DNA of 64,000 nt from an uncultured bacterium. GTDB lineage: Bacteria > Patescibacteriota > Minisyncoccia > Phycocordibacterales > GWA1-40-21. Location: positions 303,417-367,416 of the forward strand of contig OY970290.1 in assembly GCA_963716205.1 (NCBI GenBank), given 5' to 3'. This document shows positions 21,641-31,651 of this stretch, one piece after another (position 1 is the first letter of the stretch; each line of letters begins with the position of its first letter). The notes below the pieces were generated by a model. It had not been told where the DNA came from and ran no database searches. It saw only the letters and a list, made by a program, of their open reading frames with translations. Made by a program: the position numbers and the translations under genes.

Positions 21641-22576
21641 TTATTTAGAAAGTTTTTCAAATGTTACGTGCACCAGCTGTTCCATATCGCTAAATCTGCC
21701 GTCTTCCGTCGAACCAAGCACAACGATGATAACTGGATGTTCAATTCCGGCGTCAAAGGCAATGGCAAGATTTCCTCCGGCAAGATCCGTGTAGCCAGTT
21801 TTTGATGCAATCAATCCCGGGATTTTATCTACAAGTGTGTCGGTATTGATTGCGAGATGCCGAATATTGCTTTCGGAAATAAAGTCTTCTGCGCTTTCCG
21901 TCGTTTTTGATATGAGCTGCGGATAAGCAGTCAAAATTTTATCAAGAAGCAGACTGACATCGTATGCCGAACTATACGCACCGCTTGTCGTGGCATTGAG
22001 ATCAAGTCCGGATTCATTGAAAAAAATCGTATCAGTGAGTCCGAGTTCGCGCGCTTTTTGGTTCATCAAATCGATTGTCGTCGAACCGTTTCCGCCCAGA
22101 TAGGAATTCAGCGCATCAGAAAGCGCATAGATTCCGGTATTGGAAGACATGATAAGGCTGAAATTCAGAAGATTTTCAGCTTCCCATTTTTCACCGGCAA
22201 AAAGACCGTTCGTATCCTCGCCTCGGATTAAATCATTTTCTGTAACAGTTACCGTACTTGTCGCCGGCAGAGTGGTGGAAATAATCAATCCGGACATGAG
22301 CTTTGTAATCGAAGCGAGCGGAAGTTCCTCATGTTCGTTTTTAGCAAATAAAACTTTTTTCTCGCTCATATCATAGACATAAAAAGATTTTGCCAGGACA
22401 GCGGCGAGCTCCGGCGAGTAATCATGGGCTTCCTGCGCAGGTTGCTGCGGTTTTTGCCGAATGCTTCCAAAAATTCTCACACCCAGAATAACAAGAATGA
22501 TGGCAAGCAAAAAAAAGACGATAAACAAAATTCTTTTATTCCTCTTTGAAAGTTTTTTTTTATAGGTATACATCAC
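21641..22576 (-). CDS. dacA: D-alanyl-D-alanine carboxypeptidase (S11 serine peptidase, PBP5-like)
   Basis: N-terminal TM anchor, SxxK motif (ASITK), SxN-like and KTG (SKTGYT) motifs; 311 aa. Confidence 0.75.
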   Translation of the reverse strand: MMYTYKKKLSKRNKRILFIVFFLLAIILVILGVRIFGSIRQKPQQPAQEAHDYSPELAAVLAKSFYVYDMSEKKVLFAKNEHEELPLASITKLMSGLIISTTLPATSTVTVTENDLIRGEDTNGLFAGEKWEAENLLNFSLIMSSNTGIYALSDALNSYLGGNGSTTIDLMNQKARELGLTDTIFFNESGLDLNATTSGAYSSAYDVSLLLDKILTAYPQLISKTTESAEDFISESNIRHLAINTDTLVDKIPGLIASKTGYTDLAGGNLAIAFDAGIEHPVIIVVLGSTEDGRFSDMEQLVHVTFEKLSK

Positions 22577-22586
22577 TTTTATATAG

Positions 22587-23168
22587 CTATATAGCCGCTT
22601 CTTCCGCCGCCGTTTCTTTTATTTCTTCGGTTTTTGCAACATTCTTATAATTTTCAATTTCTATTTTTGCTTCCGCAAATTCCGGCATTTCTTCTATTTT
22701 AGTAACACCCAAGAAACTAAGAAGCTCAAAGGTCGGTTTATATAAGAAACTTCTCTGATCTTTTGGATTTGAAATTTTTTCCACGAGGCCGCGGATCATC
22801 AGATTTCGTAAAATGAAGTTTGACTGCACGCCGCGGATATAATCTATTTCTGCGCGGGAAAGCGGACCTTGATAAATGATAATTGAGAGTGTTTCAAGTC
22901 CTGCACGCCCGAGATCTTTGACCAATTCTTCTTTGGTTAATTTTTCAATTATTTCAGAAACATCTTTTGAAGTGGAAAGCGAGACTTCATTTTCCTTGAA
23001 AATTAAACCGACTCCCCTGTCAGCGAGATTTGTCTCAAGAGTTTTGAGCGCGGCGGAAATTTCTTCTTCGCTTTTATCAAAAATTACTGCCAATTTTTTT
23101 ATTGAAATTGGTTCTCCTTTCCAAAACAGCACTGCTTCTATTTGTTTTTCTAAAGTATTTTCTTGCAT
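22587..23168 (-). CDS. scpB: Segregation and condensation protein B
   Basis: Two winged-helix halves (IEAVLFWKGEPISIKKLA...SRAEIDYIRGV), 193 aa, downstream of scpA. Confidence 0.8.
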   Translation of the reverse strand: MQENTLEKQIEAVLFWKGEPISIKKLAVIFDKSEEEISAALKTLETNLADRGVGLIFKENEVSLSTSKDVSEIIEKLTKEELVKDLGRAGLETLSIIIYQGPLSRAEIDYIRGVQSNFILRNLMIRGLVEKISNPKDQRSFLYKPTFELLSFLGVTKIEEMPEFAEAKIEIENYKNVAKTEEIKETAAEEAAI

Positions 23169-23172
23169 ATAA

Positions 23173-23901
23173 TCAATAACTCGGCACGCCGACGGATTTT
23201 GTTTCCATGTGAATGTCCTCGAATTTCTCGCGCTGATTGACGTCTATTATACCTTGCTTTACGAGTTCAAGCATAGCGAGAAATGAAACAATAACATTTA
23301 CTTTGTCAGCTTTGCCCATGCCGGAAAAATCTTTAAAGCTCATTTTTATTGATGACTGAACACGCTTGGTTAGGTTTTCAATCATCTCCTCGAGTGAAAT
23401 TACTTTTATCACCATGACTTTTGGCTTGCATTCGAACTTCGGAAGATTTTTAATGACCTCAAATATTGCTTTTGAGATATTTTCTTTCGTCATCGAAACA
23501 TCGGGAGAAAATACCGGCTGTATTTTTCTATCATTCGGGAAAAATAAAATATGTTTACCGAAATTATTTTTAATATGAATGCTCAATTCTTTGATTTTTT
23601 TATAAATTTTCAGCTTCAATTCCAGATCATGGATATCGGTTTTTTCTTCATCCGCTAGATCGAGATTCGGCAAAAGCGATTTGGATTTTATCAAAAGAAG
23701 CGTGGAAGCGACAACTAAAAATTCAGAAGTATCTTTGATTGAATAGATTTCCCTATTTTGCAGGTAGGAAATAAAATCATCCGTGACTTTTGCAAGCGAA
23801 ACATCATTGATCAGCAGTTTTCTTTTTTCAATCAGATTAAGGAGAAGATCCATCGGACCTTCGAATACTTCTGTTTTGATTTTGAATTGATTATCGGTCA
23901 T
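23173..23901 (-). CDS. scpA: Segregation and condensation protein A (kleisin)
   Basis: FEGPMDLLLNLIEKRKLLINDVSLAKVTDDF N-terminal kleisin motif; 242 aa. Confidence 0.8.
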   Translation of the reverse strand: MTDNQFKIKTEVFEGPMDLLLNLIEKRKLLINDVSLAKVTDDFISYLQNREIYSIKDTSEFLVVASTLLLIKSKSLLPNLDLADEEKTDIHDLELKLKIYKKIKELSIHIKNNFGKHILFFPNDRKIQPVFSPDVSMTKENISKAIFEVIKNLPKFECKPKVMVIKVISLEEMIENLTKRVQSSIKMSFKDFSGMGKADKVNVIVSFLAMLELVKQGIIDVNQREKFEDIHMETKSVGVPSY

Positions 23902-24280
23902 TTATTGTTTTTGCAATTTTTTCCAATTCTTCTTTTGCGGCAGGTTTGGCGTTTGTGGGATTCATATCGTGGGCATTATTTATCGGTATCAAATGTATAT
24001 GAACATGAGAAACTGCAAATCCCTCCACAACAATACCGATTCTTTTTGATTTCAGCTTTGATTTTAATTTTTGAGCAATATCCTTAGCTTCCCGCCATAA
24101 TTCCTGATAATCATCATCCGGCAGATCAAAAATGTAATCCGTATGTTTTTTTGGCATGAGAAGCGTATGACCCGGGTTCATTGGATTGATATCCAAGAAG
24201 GCAAAATATTTTTCATTCTCAAAAATTTTATAGCTTGGTACTTCCCCTTTTCCAATTTTGCAAAATACGCAATTCTCCAT
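23891..24280 (-). CDS. HIT-family (histidine triad) nucleotide hydrolase
   Basis: CVFCKI...NPMNPGHTLLMPKKH...HVHIHLIP (HxHxHxx histidine triad); 129 aa. Confidence 0.8.
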   Translation of the reverse strand: MENCVFCKIGKGEVPSYKIFENEKYFAFLDINPMNPGHTLLMPKKHTDYIFDLPDDDYQELWREAKDIAQKLKSKLKSKRIGIVVEGFAVSHVHIHLIPINNAHDMNPTNAKPAAKEELEKIAKTINDR

Positions 24281-24281
24281 A

Positions 24282-25679
24282 TTATTTTTTCTTTTTGATT
24301 TCTATTCCCAAATCCCGCAGTTGTTCCGCGGAAACTTCGCCCGGTGCGCCGATCATCAGATCTTTTCCCTCACCGTTTTTAGCAAAAGCGATCACTTCCC
24401 GGATATTCGGTTCATTTTCAAGAATCATCACAAGCCGGTCAAGCCCCCATGCAATGCCGCCATGCGGAGGAACACCGGTTTCAAATGCTTTGAGCATGTG
24501 GCCGTATTCTTTCTCAATTTTTTCATCGCTGAAATCCATGATTTCAAGAACCTTTCGCAAAGCTCCCGGCTTGTGGTTTCGGATGCTTCCGCCACCGGCT
24601 TCATTGCCGTTGAGCACGAGGTCGTATTGCGCTGCCATGATTTTTTCAATATTTTTCTTCGCCATCAAATCATCCATTGATTCCGATTTTGTCGTTGAAA
24701 ATGGATTGTGTGTGAATGTCCATTTGCCATCATCACCTTTTTCAAACATGGGGAAATCTACCGTCCATGCGAATGCGAGTAAATCTTTGTTATTTTTGTC
24801 AGCTCTCAAATCCGGTTTATCAGTGCCGTATTTTTCCATCGCTTCCTTGTAAGTGATTTTAGGAAACGGGATTTCCTGAATCTTTTTGTGTGGATAGAGT
24901 TTATGGACCACTTCAATGATCATTTTTTCATTCACGTTCATTACATCTTCTTCAGTAGCAAAACTTATTTCCAAATCCATCTGAGTGAATTCCGGCTGAC
25001 GGTCACCTCGTGAATCTTCATCACGGAAACATCGGGCAAACTGAAAATATTTTTCAAAACCTGCAGCCATCAAAAGTTGTTTGTACTGCTGCGGAGATTG
25101 TGGAAGTGCATAAAAATTCCCCGGCTCAATTCTGGAAGGTACGATAAAATCCCGAGAACCTTCGGCTGTGGCATTGGTCAAATTTGGAGTTTCAATCTCA
25201 CAAAATCCTTCTTTCTCAAGCAAAGTTCGCACGAGTGTCATCACTTTACTGCGGTTTCTGATATTTTTCTGAAGTCGTGGTCTGCGCAAATCGAGATATC
25301 GGTGTTCAAGACGGACATCTTCACCGATTTCCATGCCATCGCTGCGAACATCGATAGCCGGAGTAATTGCTTCATTCAAAATCACCACCAAAAGCATTTC
25401 GATTTCTATGGTGCCGTTTATTTCATTTTTGTTTACCATTCTTTCCGGCCGGGCATTCACTTTGCCGGTTACTTCCACAACCCATTCCGACCTCACAGTA
25501 TTTGCAAGCGCGTGTGCTTCGGCATGATTTGGCAATGCAACCATCTGCACTTTGCCCGACATGTCGCGCAGATCAATAAAAATAAGCTTGCCATGATCCC
25601 GCCGGATATCCACCCAGCCGCAGACTTTCACCTCTTCTCCAATTTTTTTCGTCAAATCCCCAATATATGTTCTTTGCAT
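24282..25679 (-). CDS. aspS: Aspartyl-tRNA synthetase (class IIb, OB-fold anticodon-binding N-terminus)
   Basis: N-terminal OB fold (VKVCGWVDIRRDHGKLIFIDLRD), class II motifs (FRDEDSRGDRQPEFTQMD; GGSIR); 465 aa. Confidence 0.9.
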   Translation of the reverse strand: MQRTYIGDLTKKIGEEVKVCGWVDIRRDHGKLIFIDLRDMSGKVQMVALPNHAEAHALANTVRSEWVVEVTGKVNARPERMVNKNEINGTIEIEMLLVVILNEAITPAIDVRSDGMEIGEDVRLEHRYLDLRRPRLQKNIRNRSKVMTLVRTLLEKEGFCEIETPNLTNATAEGSRDFIVPSRIEPGNFYALPQSPQQYKQLLMAAGFEKYFQFARCFRDEDSRGDRQPEFTQMDLEISFATEEDVMNVNEKMIIEVVHKLYPHKKIQEIPFPKITYKEAMEKYGTDKPDLRADKNNKDLLAFAWTVDFPMFEKGDDGKWTFTHNPFSTTKSESMDDLMAKKNIEKIMAAQYDLVLNGNEAGGGSIRNHKPGALRKVLEIMDFSDEKIEKEYGHMLKAFETGVPPHGGIAWGLDRLVMILENEPNIREVIAFAKNGEGKDLMIGAPGEVSAEQLRDLGIEIKKKK

Positions 25680-25687
25680 GATTGTAT

Positions 25688-26680
25688 TTAGTAAATTTCT
25701 AATCCAACTTTTTCGCGCACTTCTTTCATTTTTTTCTCGGCTCGAGATGATGCGCGCTTGCCACCTTCTTTCAAAATATCAAAAACAGTTTCCATATCCT
25801 TGGCGAGCATTTCCCGTTTCTCGCGGAGCGGTGTGATAAAAGCCATCAAATCTTTTATAAGCAATTCTTTTGCCTCTTTATAACCCATGCCGCCTTTTTC
25901 ATATTTTTTCTTCAATGCTTCCAATTTCTCTTCTTCCAAAAATAATTTATGAATCGAAAAGATAATTGATTCGTCCGGATTTTTCGGCTCATCTACACCT
26001 TTTGAATCCGTAGGAATTTTCATTACTGCTTTCTTTATTTCTGTATCAGTGGCAAAAAGTGGAATGATATTGTCATAGCTCTTGCTCATTTTCTTGCCGT
26101 CAGTGCCCAGAACAGTTTCAACATTTGAAAGAATAAATGGCTCGGGAATTTTGAATGTGTCGCCATACACTCTATTAAATTTTTGCGCAGTATCGCGTGC
26201 GTATTCTACATGCTGTTTTTGGTCTTGCCCCACTGGCACGATATCCGCATCTTGGATCAAAATATCTGCTGCCATGAGCATCGGATAATCAAAAAGACCT
26301 GCGCTTGGTTCTCTGTTATTTGCTATAGCATCTTTGTAAGCATGTGCGCGTTCGAGATACGGAACTGTGGTGATGCAATTAAACATCCAAGTAAGCTCGG
26401 TGACTTGCGGCACATCGGATTGTTTGAATAGCGTAACTTTTTTTGGATCAAGCCCGATAGCTAAATAATCAAGAGCCACATCAATAATCCCCTGCATGAG
26501 CTCCGTTCGGTTTTGCACGGTTGTCATTGCATGGTAATCCGCTATGAAAATATAATTTTCATATTTATCTTGCAAATCGACGAATTGCTTCATCGCGCCG
26601 AAATAATTGCCAATATGAAGCTTTCCTGTCGGCTTGATGCCGGAAAGGAGTATTTTTTTAGATTCTTTTACCATCACCAC
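25688..26680 (-). CDS. trpS: Tryptophanyl-tRNA synthetase
   Basis: KPTGKLHIGNYFGA (HIGH), KMSKS present; 330 aa. Confidence 0.9.
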   Translation of the reverse strand: MVMVKESKKILLSGIKPTGKLHIGNYFGAMKQFVDLQDKYENYIFIADYHAMTTVQNRTELMQGIIDVALDYLAIGLDPKKVTLFKQSDVPQVTELTWMFNCITTVPYLERAHAYKDAIANNREPSAGLFDYPMLMAADILIQDADIVPVGQDQKQHVEYARDTAQKFNRVYGDTFKIPEPFILSNVETVLGTDGKKMSKSYDNIIPLFATDTEIKKAVMKIPTDSKGVDEPKNPDESIIFSIHKLFLEEEKLEALKKKYEKGGMGYKEAKELLIKDLMAFITPLREKREMLAKDMETVFDILKEGGKRASSRAEKKMKEVREKVGLEIY

Positions 26681-26717
26681 ATCTTATCAAAAGAAATTGT
26701 TTTTTGAAAGATAGAAT

Positions 26718-27947
26718 TTATTCATACCGCAGAGCGTCAATCGGATTCAAATCGGAAGCCCGGGCTGCCGGATAATATCCGAATGCGATGCCGATGGCGG
26801 CTGAAACACCGAATGAAAGCAAAATCGGACCGATGGTAATGACAGCCTTGACCAAGCCCGTCAGTGACAAGACAAGCGAAATGGCAATTCCCAAAATGAC
26901 GCCGATCACCCCGCCGATCGTCGTCATAACGATTGACTCGACGAGAAATTGAAGCCTGATGTCATGTTTTTTTGCACCAATGGCTTTTCGCAGACCGATT
27001 TCCTTTGTTCGCTCGGTGACGGTCGTAAGCATCATGTTCATAATGCCGATGCCGCCGACGATGAGTGAGATGCCAGCAATTGCCGCGAGCAGATACGTCA
27101 AAGTGGAAGTGACCGATGAAGCCGTGGATAAAATATCAGCTTCATTGAGCGTGCTGAAATCTGCATTTGCGGGATTTGAAATATTATGCCGGGCGAGCAG
27201 TATTGATGTCGCCTGATTTTGGACATCGGTCACAAGGTTTGCATTTTGTGCTTCAATGCTTATTTCGCTGACATATTTATTTCCCGTCAGATATTGCTGG
27301 GCGACAGTAATGGGAATATAGACCGCATCATCCGGATTAGAAAATCCGGTACTTCCGCCCTTTGCTTTTGTTACACCGATGACGGTATAAATATTTCCGG
27401 CGATCAGAATTGTTTGTCCGACCGGCTCAGTTCCCGTGGCGAACAAATCACTTACCGTTGTTGGGCCGAGCACGGCAACGCGATTTAGATTTGTCACATC
27501 ATCATCGGTAAAAAATGTGCCGTCGGCGATGCTAAAATTTCTCACCTGAAGATACGTCGGTATCGTGCCGATAATGGTTGTGTTCGTATTCAATCCTCCG
27601 GCAACGACTTGTTTACCCCGTATTGTAACATCCGGTGCAACAGCCTCCGCACTGGTGATTTCTTGAGAAAGTGCAGTAGAATCGTCCATGGTCAAAGTGT
27701 TTGCGGTTCCCCGTCCGGCACTGACCGTGCTTCCTGGAGTTCTTTGTGCACCAGGAGATATGACAACAAGGTTCGAGCCGATGGATTGGATACTTTGCTG
27801 GATTGAAGCTGAAGAGCCGTTACCGATTGCAAGCATGGAAATAACGGAAGCAATACCGATGACAATACCGAGCATGGTAAGAGATGTTCGGACTTTGTTT
27901 CCAAGAAGCGCTGATTGTGTTTCGTGCATTAAATCTGGTATTGTCAT
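26718..27947 (-). CDS. ABC transporter permease, FtsX/MacB-type
   Basis: N-terminal TM, large periplasmic domain, C-terminal 3-TM FtsX-like region; 409 aa; downstream of cognate ATPase. Confidence 0.8.
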   Translation of the reverse strand: MTIPDLMHETQSALLGNKVRTSLTMLGIVIGIASVISMLAIGNGSSASIQQSIQSIGSNLVVISPGAQRTPGSTVSAGRGTANTLTMDDSTALSQEITSAEAVAPDVTIRGKQVVAGGLNTNTTIIGTIPTYLQVRNFSIADGTFFTDDDVTNLNRVAVLGPTTVSDLFATGTEPVGQTILIAGNIYTVIGVTKAKGGSTGFSNPDDAVYIPITVAQQYLTGNKYVSEISIEAQNANLVTDVQNQATSILLARHNISNPANADFSTLNEADILSTASSVTSTLTYLLAAIAGISLIVGGIGIMNMMLTTVTERTKEIGLRKAIGAKKHDIRLQFLVESIVMTTIGGVIGVILGIAISLVLSLTGLVKAVITIGPILLSFGVSAAIGIAFGYYPAARASDLNPIDALRYE

Positions 27948-27961
27948 GATGAATGTATTAT

Positions 27962-28687
27962 TTATTCTTCTATTTTTATGCTTTCTATATTTGCAATTCT
28001 CTTTTTATGATTTCTGTCATCGCTGACAATAAGTCCGTCCCGAATATGGATAATCCTGTCAGCGTGTTCAGCAACGTCCGGTTCATGGGTGATAAGAATA
28101 ATGGTATGTCCTTCTTTTTTATTAAGCTCTTGAAATGTTCCGAGAACGATTTCCCCGGTTCGCGTATCAAGATTTCCCGTCGGCTCGTCTGCCATGATAA
28201 GCGAAGGATCGTTCACGAGCGCTCGTGCGATTGCAACTCGCTGGATCTGTCCGCCGGAAAGCTGGTTGGAAAGATGATCCCATCGGTCTTCTTCAAGTCC
28301 CGCGGAAAGCAAAGCTTGTTTCGCCCGTTTTTCTCTTTCCTCCGGAAGAATATTTTGGTAGACGAGCGGCAAGACAACATTTCGGAGGACGGTTGTTCTT
28401 CGCAACAGATTGAATGATTGAAATACGAAGCCGATTTTTTTTCCGCGAATATCTGCAAGTTCATCATCAGTCAATTTTGAAACATCTTGTCCGTCAAGAT
28501 GATACGTGCCAGATGTCGGCGTATCAAGCGCACCGAGAATATGCATGAGTGTTGATTTTCCCGAGCCGGACGGTCCCATAATTGCGACAAATTCCCCATC
28601 CTCTATGGTAAATGAAACTCCTCTCAATGCTTTTGTTTCCGAATCTCCGTTGACGTATGTTTTTTTAATATCTTTAATTTCAATCAT
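27962..28687 (-). CDS. ABC transporter ATP-binding protein (MacB/LolD-like)
   Basis: Walker [10 protein letters not shown], signature LSGGQIQR, Walker [13 protein letters not shown]; 241 aa. Confidence 0.9.
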   Translation of the reverse strand: MIEIKDIKKTYVNGDSETKALRGVSFTIEDGEFVAIMGPSGSGKSTLMHILGALDTPTSGTYHLDGQDVSKLTDDELADIRGKKIGFVFQSFNLLRRTTVLRNVVLPLVYQNILPEEREKRAKQALLSAGLEEDRWDHLSNQLSGGQIQRVAIARALVNDPSLIMADEPTGNLDTRTGEIVLGTFQELNKKEGHTIILITHEPDVAEHADRIIHIRDGLIVSDDRNHKKRIANIESIKIEE

Positions 28688-28695
28688 CGTAAAAT

Positions 28696-30699
28696 TTATA
28701 GTCGCGTTGCAGCTCCACTGAATGTTGCGCCACCGACAGCTCCGCCGCCGAATCCTGCCGCGCGGATCGCTCCGCCAGCACCTGCGCCGACAGTTCGTGT
28801 TGTGGCCGCCGCCGCGGCTGATTTTGCTGTTGAAGCGGCAGCGCCAACAACAGTTCTTGTAACGATTATTTGTCCTGCACTCAATCCAGAAAGAATTTCA
28901 GTTTCAGTGGCATTTGCTATGCCGACCGTTACCGGAACCTTTACGATTGTCGGCACTACGCCTGCCGGAAATTGCACTGTTTGTCCGGCGGAAGCAGTTC
29001 TTTGTCTTGTCGTTGAAGCGGTTGTCGAGCTGTATGCCAATGTTGATGAAGAAAAGTTTGATGAACTGCTGCTGAAACCGGAACCGTATCCGCCTGAAAA
29101 TGTTGATGAGGCAAAATTTCTTCTTGTTGAAGATCCAAAACTTCCAGCAAAATTCGCCATTGTCGAAGATGATACTTCCGCAACAAGAACGTATTTTTGG
29201 TTACCTGAAGTCATGATTGCAGAGTTTGGAACCATCAGAGCATTCGGATGGTCAACAGTATCAATATTTGCCGTTGCAGTCATACCGGTCTGGACGGCAG
29301 TATTTTGTTCGTCAAGCACAACTTGAACGCTGTAATTGACGACCCCTTGCGTCACCGTGCCAAGCGGATCAACATAGTTTACATGCCCGTTGATGGTAAC
29401 ATTCGGCAATGCATCAAATGTAACTTGAACTGAATCATTTGCAGCAACTTTTGCGGCATCAACTTCGTTCAGTGCGATATTTACAACTCTTTGCGACGTA
29501 ATAAGCGTACCAAGAGAATCGCTCGAAGAAATCTGCTGACCGATTTGGGCTGTCAAGCCACCGATTTGTCCGTCAAACGGTGCGGTAATAATTCTGCTTG
29601 CATAATTTTGTTCTGCGTTTGCAAGACTTGCATTGGCATTATCAAGCGCAGCTTTTGCCACGGTAACATCATCCGGATTTGGCGGCGCAGTTTGCAGAGC
29701 GAGCGATTGTTCGTCGTTTGCGAGATTTGTTACAGCACTATTATATGACTGCAAAGTCGAAGTAAGCGATGAAATAGATGAATTAGCGCTTGAAAGAGCA
29801 CCTGATGCAGTTGATTTGTCGGAGTTAAGAGTTGATTGATTGGTGGAACCTTCGGCAATACTGTATGAGCTGAACAAACTGGTCATATTGTCAAAATATG
29901 TTCGTATCTGATTCAAATATGAAATGGAATCATTGAGAAGCGTGACGACATCGGTTGAGCTTGCTGTCGAACTCGCCGCATTGTTTATTTCATTATTCCA
30001 TGAATTAAGCGACGAACCGACAATTACCCGGCCGCTTTGAATGCTGTTTTGAAGCTGCTGGTTGGTGAATGAAACCCCGTTGACAACCAAGCTCGGATTG
30101 ACACTCGTAACATTTTGAAAAAATGGATCGGTATTGATATAAACAGAATTTGCTATTGATGAATATGCATTTTGAACATCAATCAAAGTATTTTGCTGAT
30201 CATTGGCAATATTTGTTTTATCCGACTGTATTCCGTTGTTGATTGATTGCAAATCAAGAGCTGTCGGACCATCCACCAATTTATCATAGCTTGCCTGTGC
30301 GCTTTCCACGGATGCTTGCGCCTGATTGAGCGTTTGTAATGCATTTTGTCCATCAAGCGTAGCAATGACTTCCCCAGCTTTTACAAAATCTCCATTTTTA
30401 ACATTGACGGAAACGATTTGACCAAGCGTTTGCGTTTGTCCGACTGTTTGCGGCTGGATGCTTACTTCCCCGAGATCTGCCACTTGTCCCGAACCGGAAA
30501 CTGATACTGCCAAATCACCCTGCTGAACCCGTCCGAATACATATGATGTGGCAGTTGCGGTTCCACCTCTTCCAAATAAAGCATACAGAATGGATAAGAA
30601 AATAATAATTGAAACAATTGTCAGCGGTTTGTGAGTGGAAGTGAAGGGTTTAATTTTTGTTGTCCAAGCTGTTTTAATTTTTGAAAGTAAGTTTTTCAT
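28696..30699 (-). CDS. HlyD/MacA-family periplasmic adaptor subunit with unusually long coiled-coil and Ser/Thr/Gly/Ala-rich C-terminal low-complexity extension
   Basis: N-terminal TM anchor, biotinyl-lipoyl-like (VKNGDFVKAGEVIATLD), long Q/N/S-rich coiled-coil, beta-barrel region, then ~150 aa of S/T/G/A repeats; 667 aa. Confidence 0.65.
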   Translation of the reverse strand: MKNLLSKIKTAWTTKIKPFTSTHKPLTIVSIIIFLSILYALFGRGGTATATSYVFGRVQQGDLAVSVSGSGQVADLGEVSIQPQTVGQTQTLGQIVSVNVKNGDFVKAGEVIATLDGQNALQTLNQAQASVESAQASYDKLVDGPTALDLQSINNGIQSDKTNIANDQQNTLIDVQNAYSSIANSVYINTDPFFQNVTSVNPSLVVNGVSFTNQQLQNSIQSGRVIVGSSLNSWNNEINNAASSTASSTDVVTLLNDSISYLNQIRTYFDNMTSLFSSYSIAEGSTNQSTLNSDKSTASGALSSANSSISSLTSTLQSYNSAVTNLANDEQSLALQTAPPNPDDVTVAKAALDNANASLANAEQNYASRIITAPFDGQIGGLTAQIGQQISSSDSLGTLITSQRVVNIALNEVDAAKVAANDSVQVTFDALPNVTINGHVNYVDPLGTVTQGVVNYSVQVVLDEQNTAVQTGMTATANIDTVDHPNALMVPNSAIMTSGNQKYVLVAEVSSSTMANFAGSFGSSTRRNFASSTFSGGYGSGFSSSSSNFSSSTLAYSSTTASTTRQRTASAGQTVQFPAGVVPTIVKVPVTVGIANATETEILSGLSAGQIIVTRTVVGAAASTAKSAAAAATTRTVGAGAGGAIRAAGFGGGAVGGATFSGAATRL

Positions 30700-30741
30700 T
30701 CTGATTTTTTAATTTATTTTTTTTAATATACTCTTTTAATT

Positions 30742-31215
30742 TTAATTCTCATTTGTTGGCGGCGGCAGAACTCGTATCAATTTGGCGAGTAATATTGGTT
30801 CGCTTGACGATGCCGGCGAACCGAATGCGACCACGTAATCGTCAATTTTAAGATTATCGACATTTTCATCACCATCCGCATCTTTGATTGCCGTTGTGCT
30901 TGAAATTTCTATTGTTTTTTCTATATTTGACTGGTCTTCGATCACTGCAAGCGGCAGTTTTAACCCGATGATTTTCCCGACTGCTCCATGCGTACTTTCA
31001 AAATCACCATTTTGAATTCCCATCATTCCATCTTGCTCTTTATTATTTATTTCATGTAAATAATTTTCACCAATTTTATTATAAAAAGAAGCTTTTTCGT
31101 AGCCAACATACATTCCTGCTTCAAAAACAAAAAAAACAACCAAAAGAGCTACTATGCAATACACGGTAACTTTGAATGCGCGCGAGTGAACGATATATTT
31201 TATTTCTTCGGTCAT
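30742..31215 (-). CDS. Hypothetical membrane-anchored protein
   Basis: Single N-terminal TM helix, 157 aa, in ECF-sigma operon. Confidence 0.4.
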   Translation of the reverse strand: MTEEIKYIVHSRAFKVTVYCIVALLVVFFVFEAGMYVGYEKASFYNKIGENYLHEINNKEQDGMMGIQNGDFESTHGAVGKIIGLKLPLAVIEDQSNIEKTIEISSTTAIKDADGDENVDNLKIDDYVVAFGSPASSSEPILLAKLIRVLPPPTNEN

Positions 31216-31224
31216 AAATGTATT

Positions 31225-31623
31225 TTAAAATGCGTATGATAATTCTTTTTTGCCGTTCGTCGCATACCACATTGAAAGAAGTATCACCAATATCGAAATA
31301 AGTGTAACGGTTATTGCAAAAAAAGGCAACGAGTCCACGAGGGAAAGGGCGAATTGTCCAAAATTCTCGAGAACGAGTTTACTGTCAGAAAAAATGAGTG
31401 ATGCATATGCGGAAAAACCGGATTTCTGGAATGCGTGCACGGTGTAGATAATCAATTCAATGAAAGAAATAATCGATACTGAAAAAATAGAAAAACCGAT
31501 AATTTTCCTGTTTCTGTTCTTTCGTTCAATAACCGTTTCAATTCTTTGAAAGATTTTTGCTTTCAAATTTTGAGGCGGATCGATTTCTTTCAGAATGAAA
31601 TGTATATTAGTGTTATTTGTCAT
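31225..31623 (-). CDS. Putative anti-sigma factor (membrane protein immediately downstream of ECF sigma)
   Basis: Position directly after ECF sigma gene; two TM helices; 132 aa; assignment by context only. Confidence 0.3.
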   Translation of the reverse strand: MTNNTNIHFILKEIDPPQNLKAKIFQRIETVIERKNRNRKIIGFSIFSVSIISFIELIIYTVHAFQKSGFSAYASLIFSDSKLVLENFGQFALSLVDSLPFFAITVTLISILVILLSMWYATNGKKELSYAF

Positions 31624-31651
31624 GGTATCGTTTTATTATACGGTTTAGGGC

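Noticed and set aside
25077-25691. 204-aa plus-strand ORF and other antisense ORFs within aspS/trpS/rpoC/ctpA (e.g. 12335-12919, 8486-9085, 24235-24852)
   Set aside because: All lie antisense to well-supported conserved genes and lack motifs or RBS
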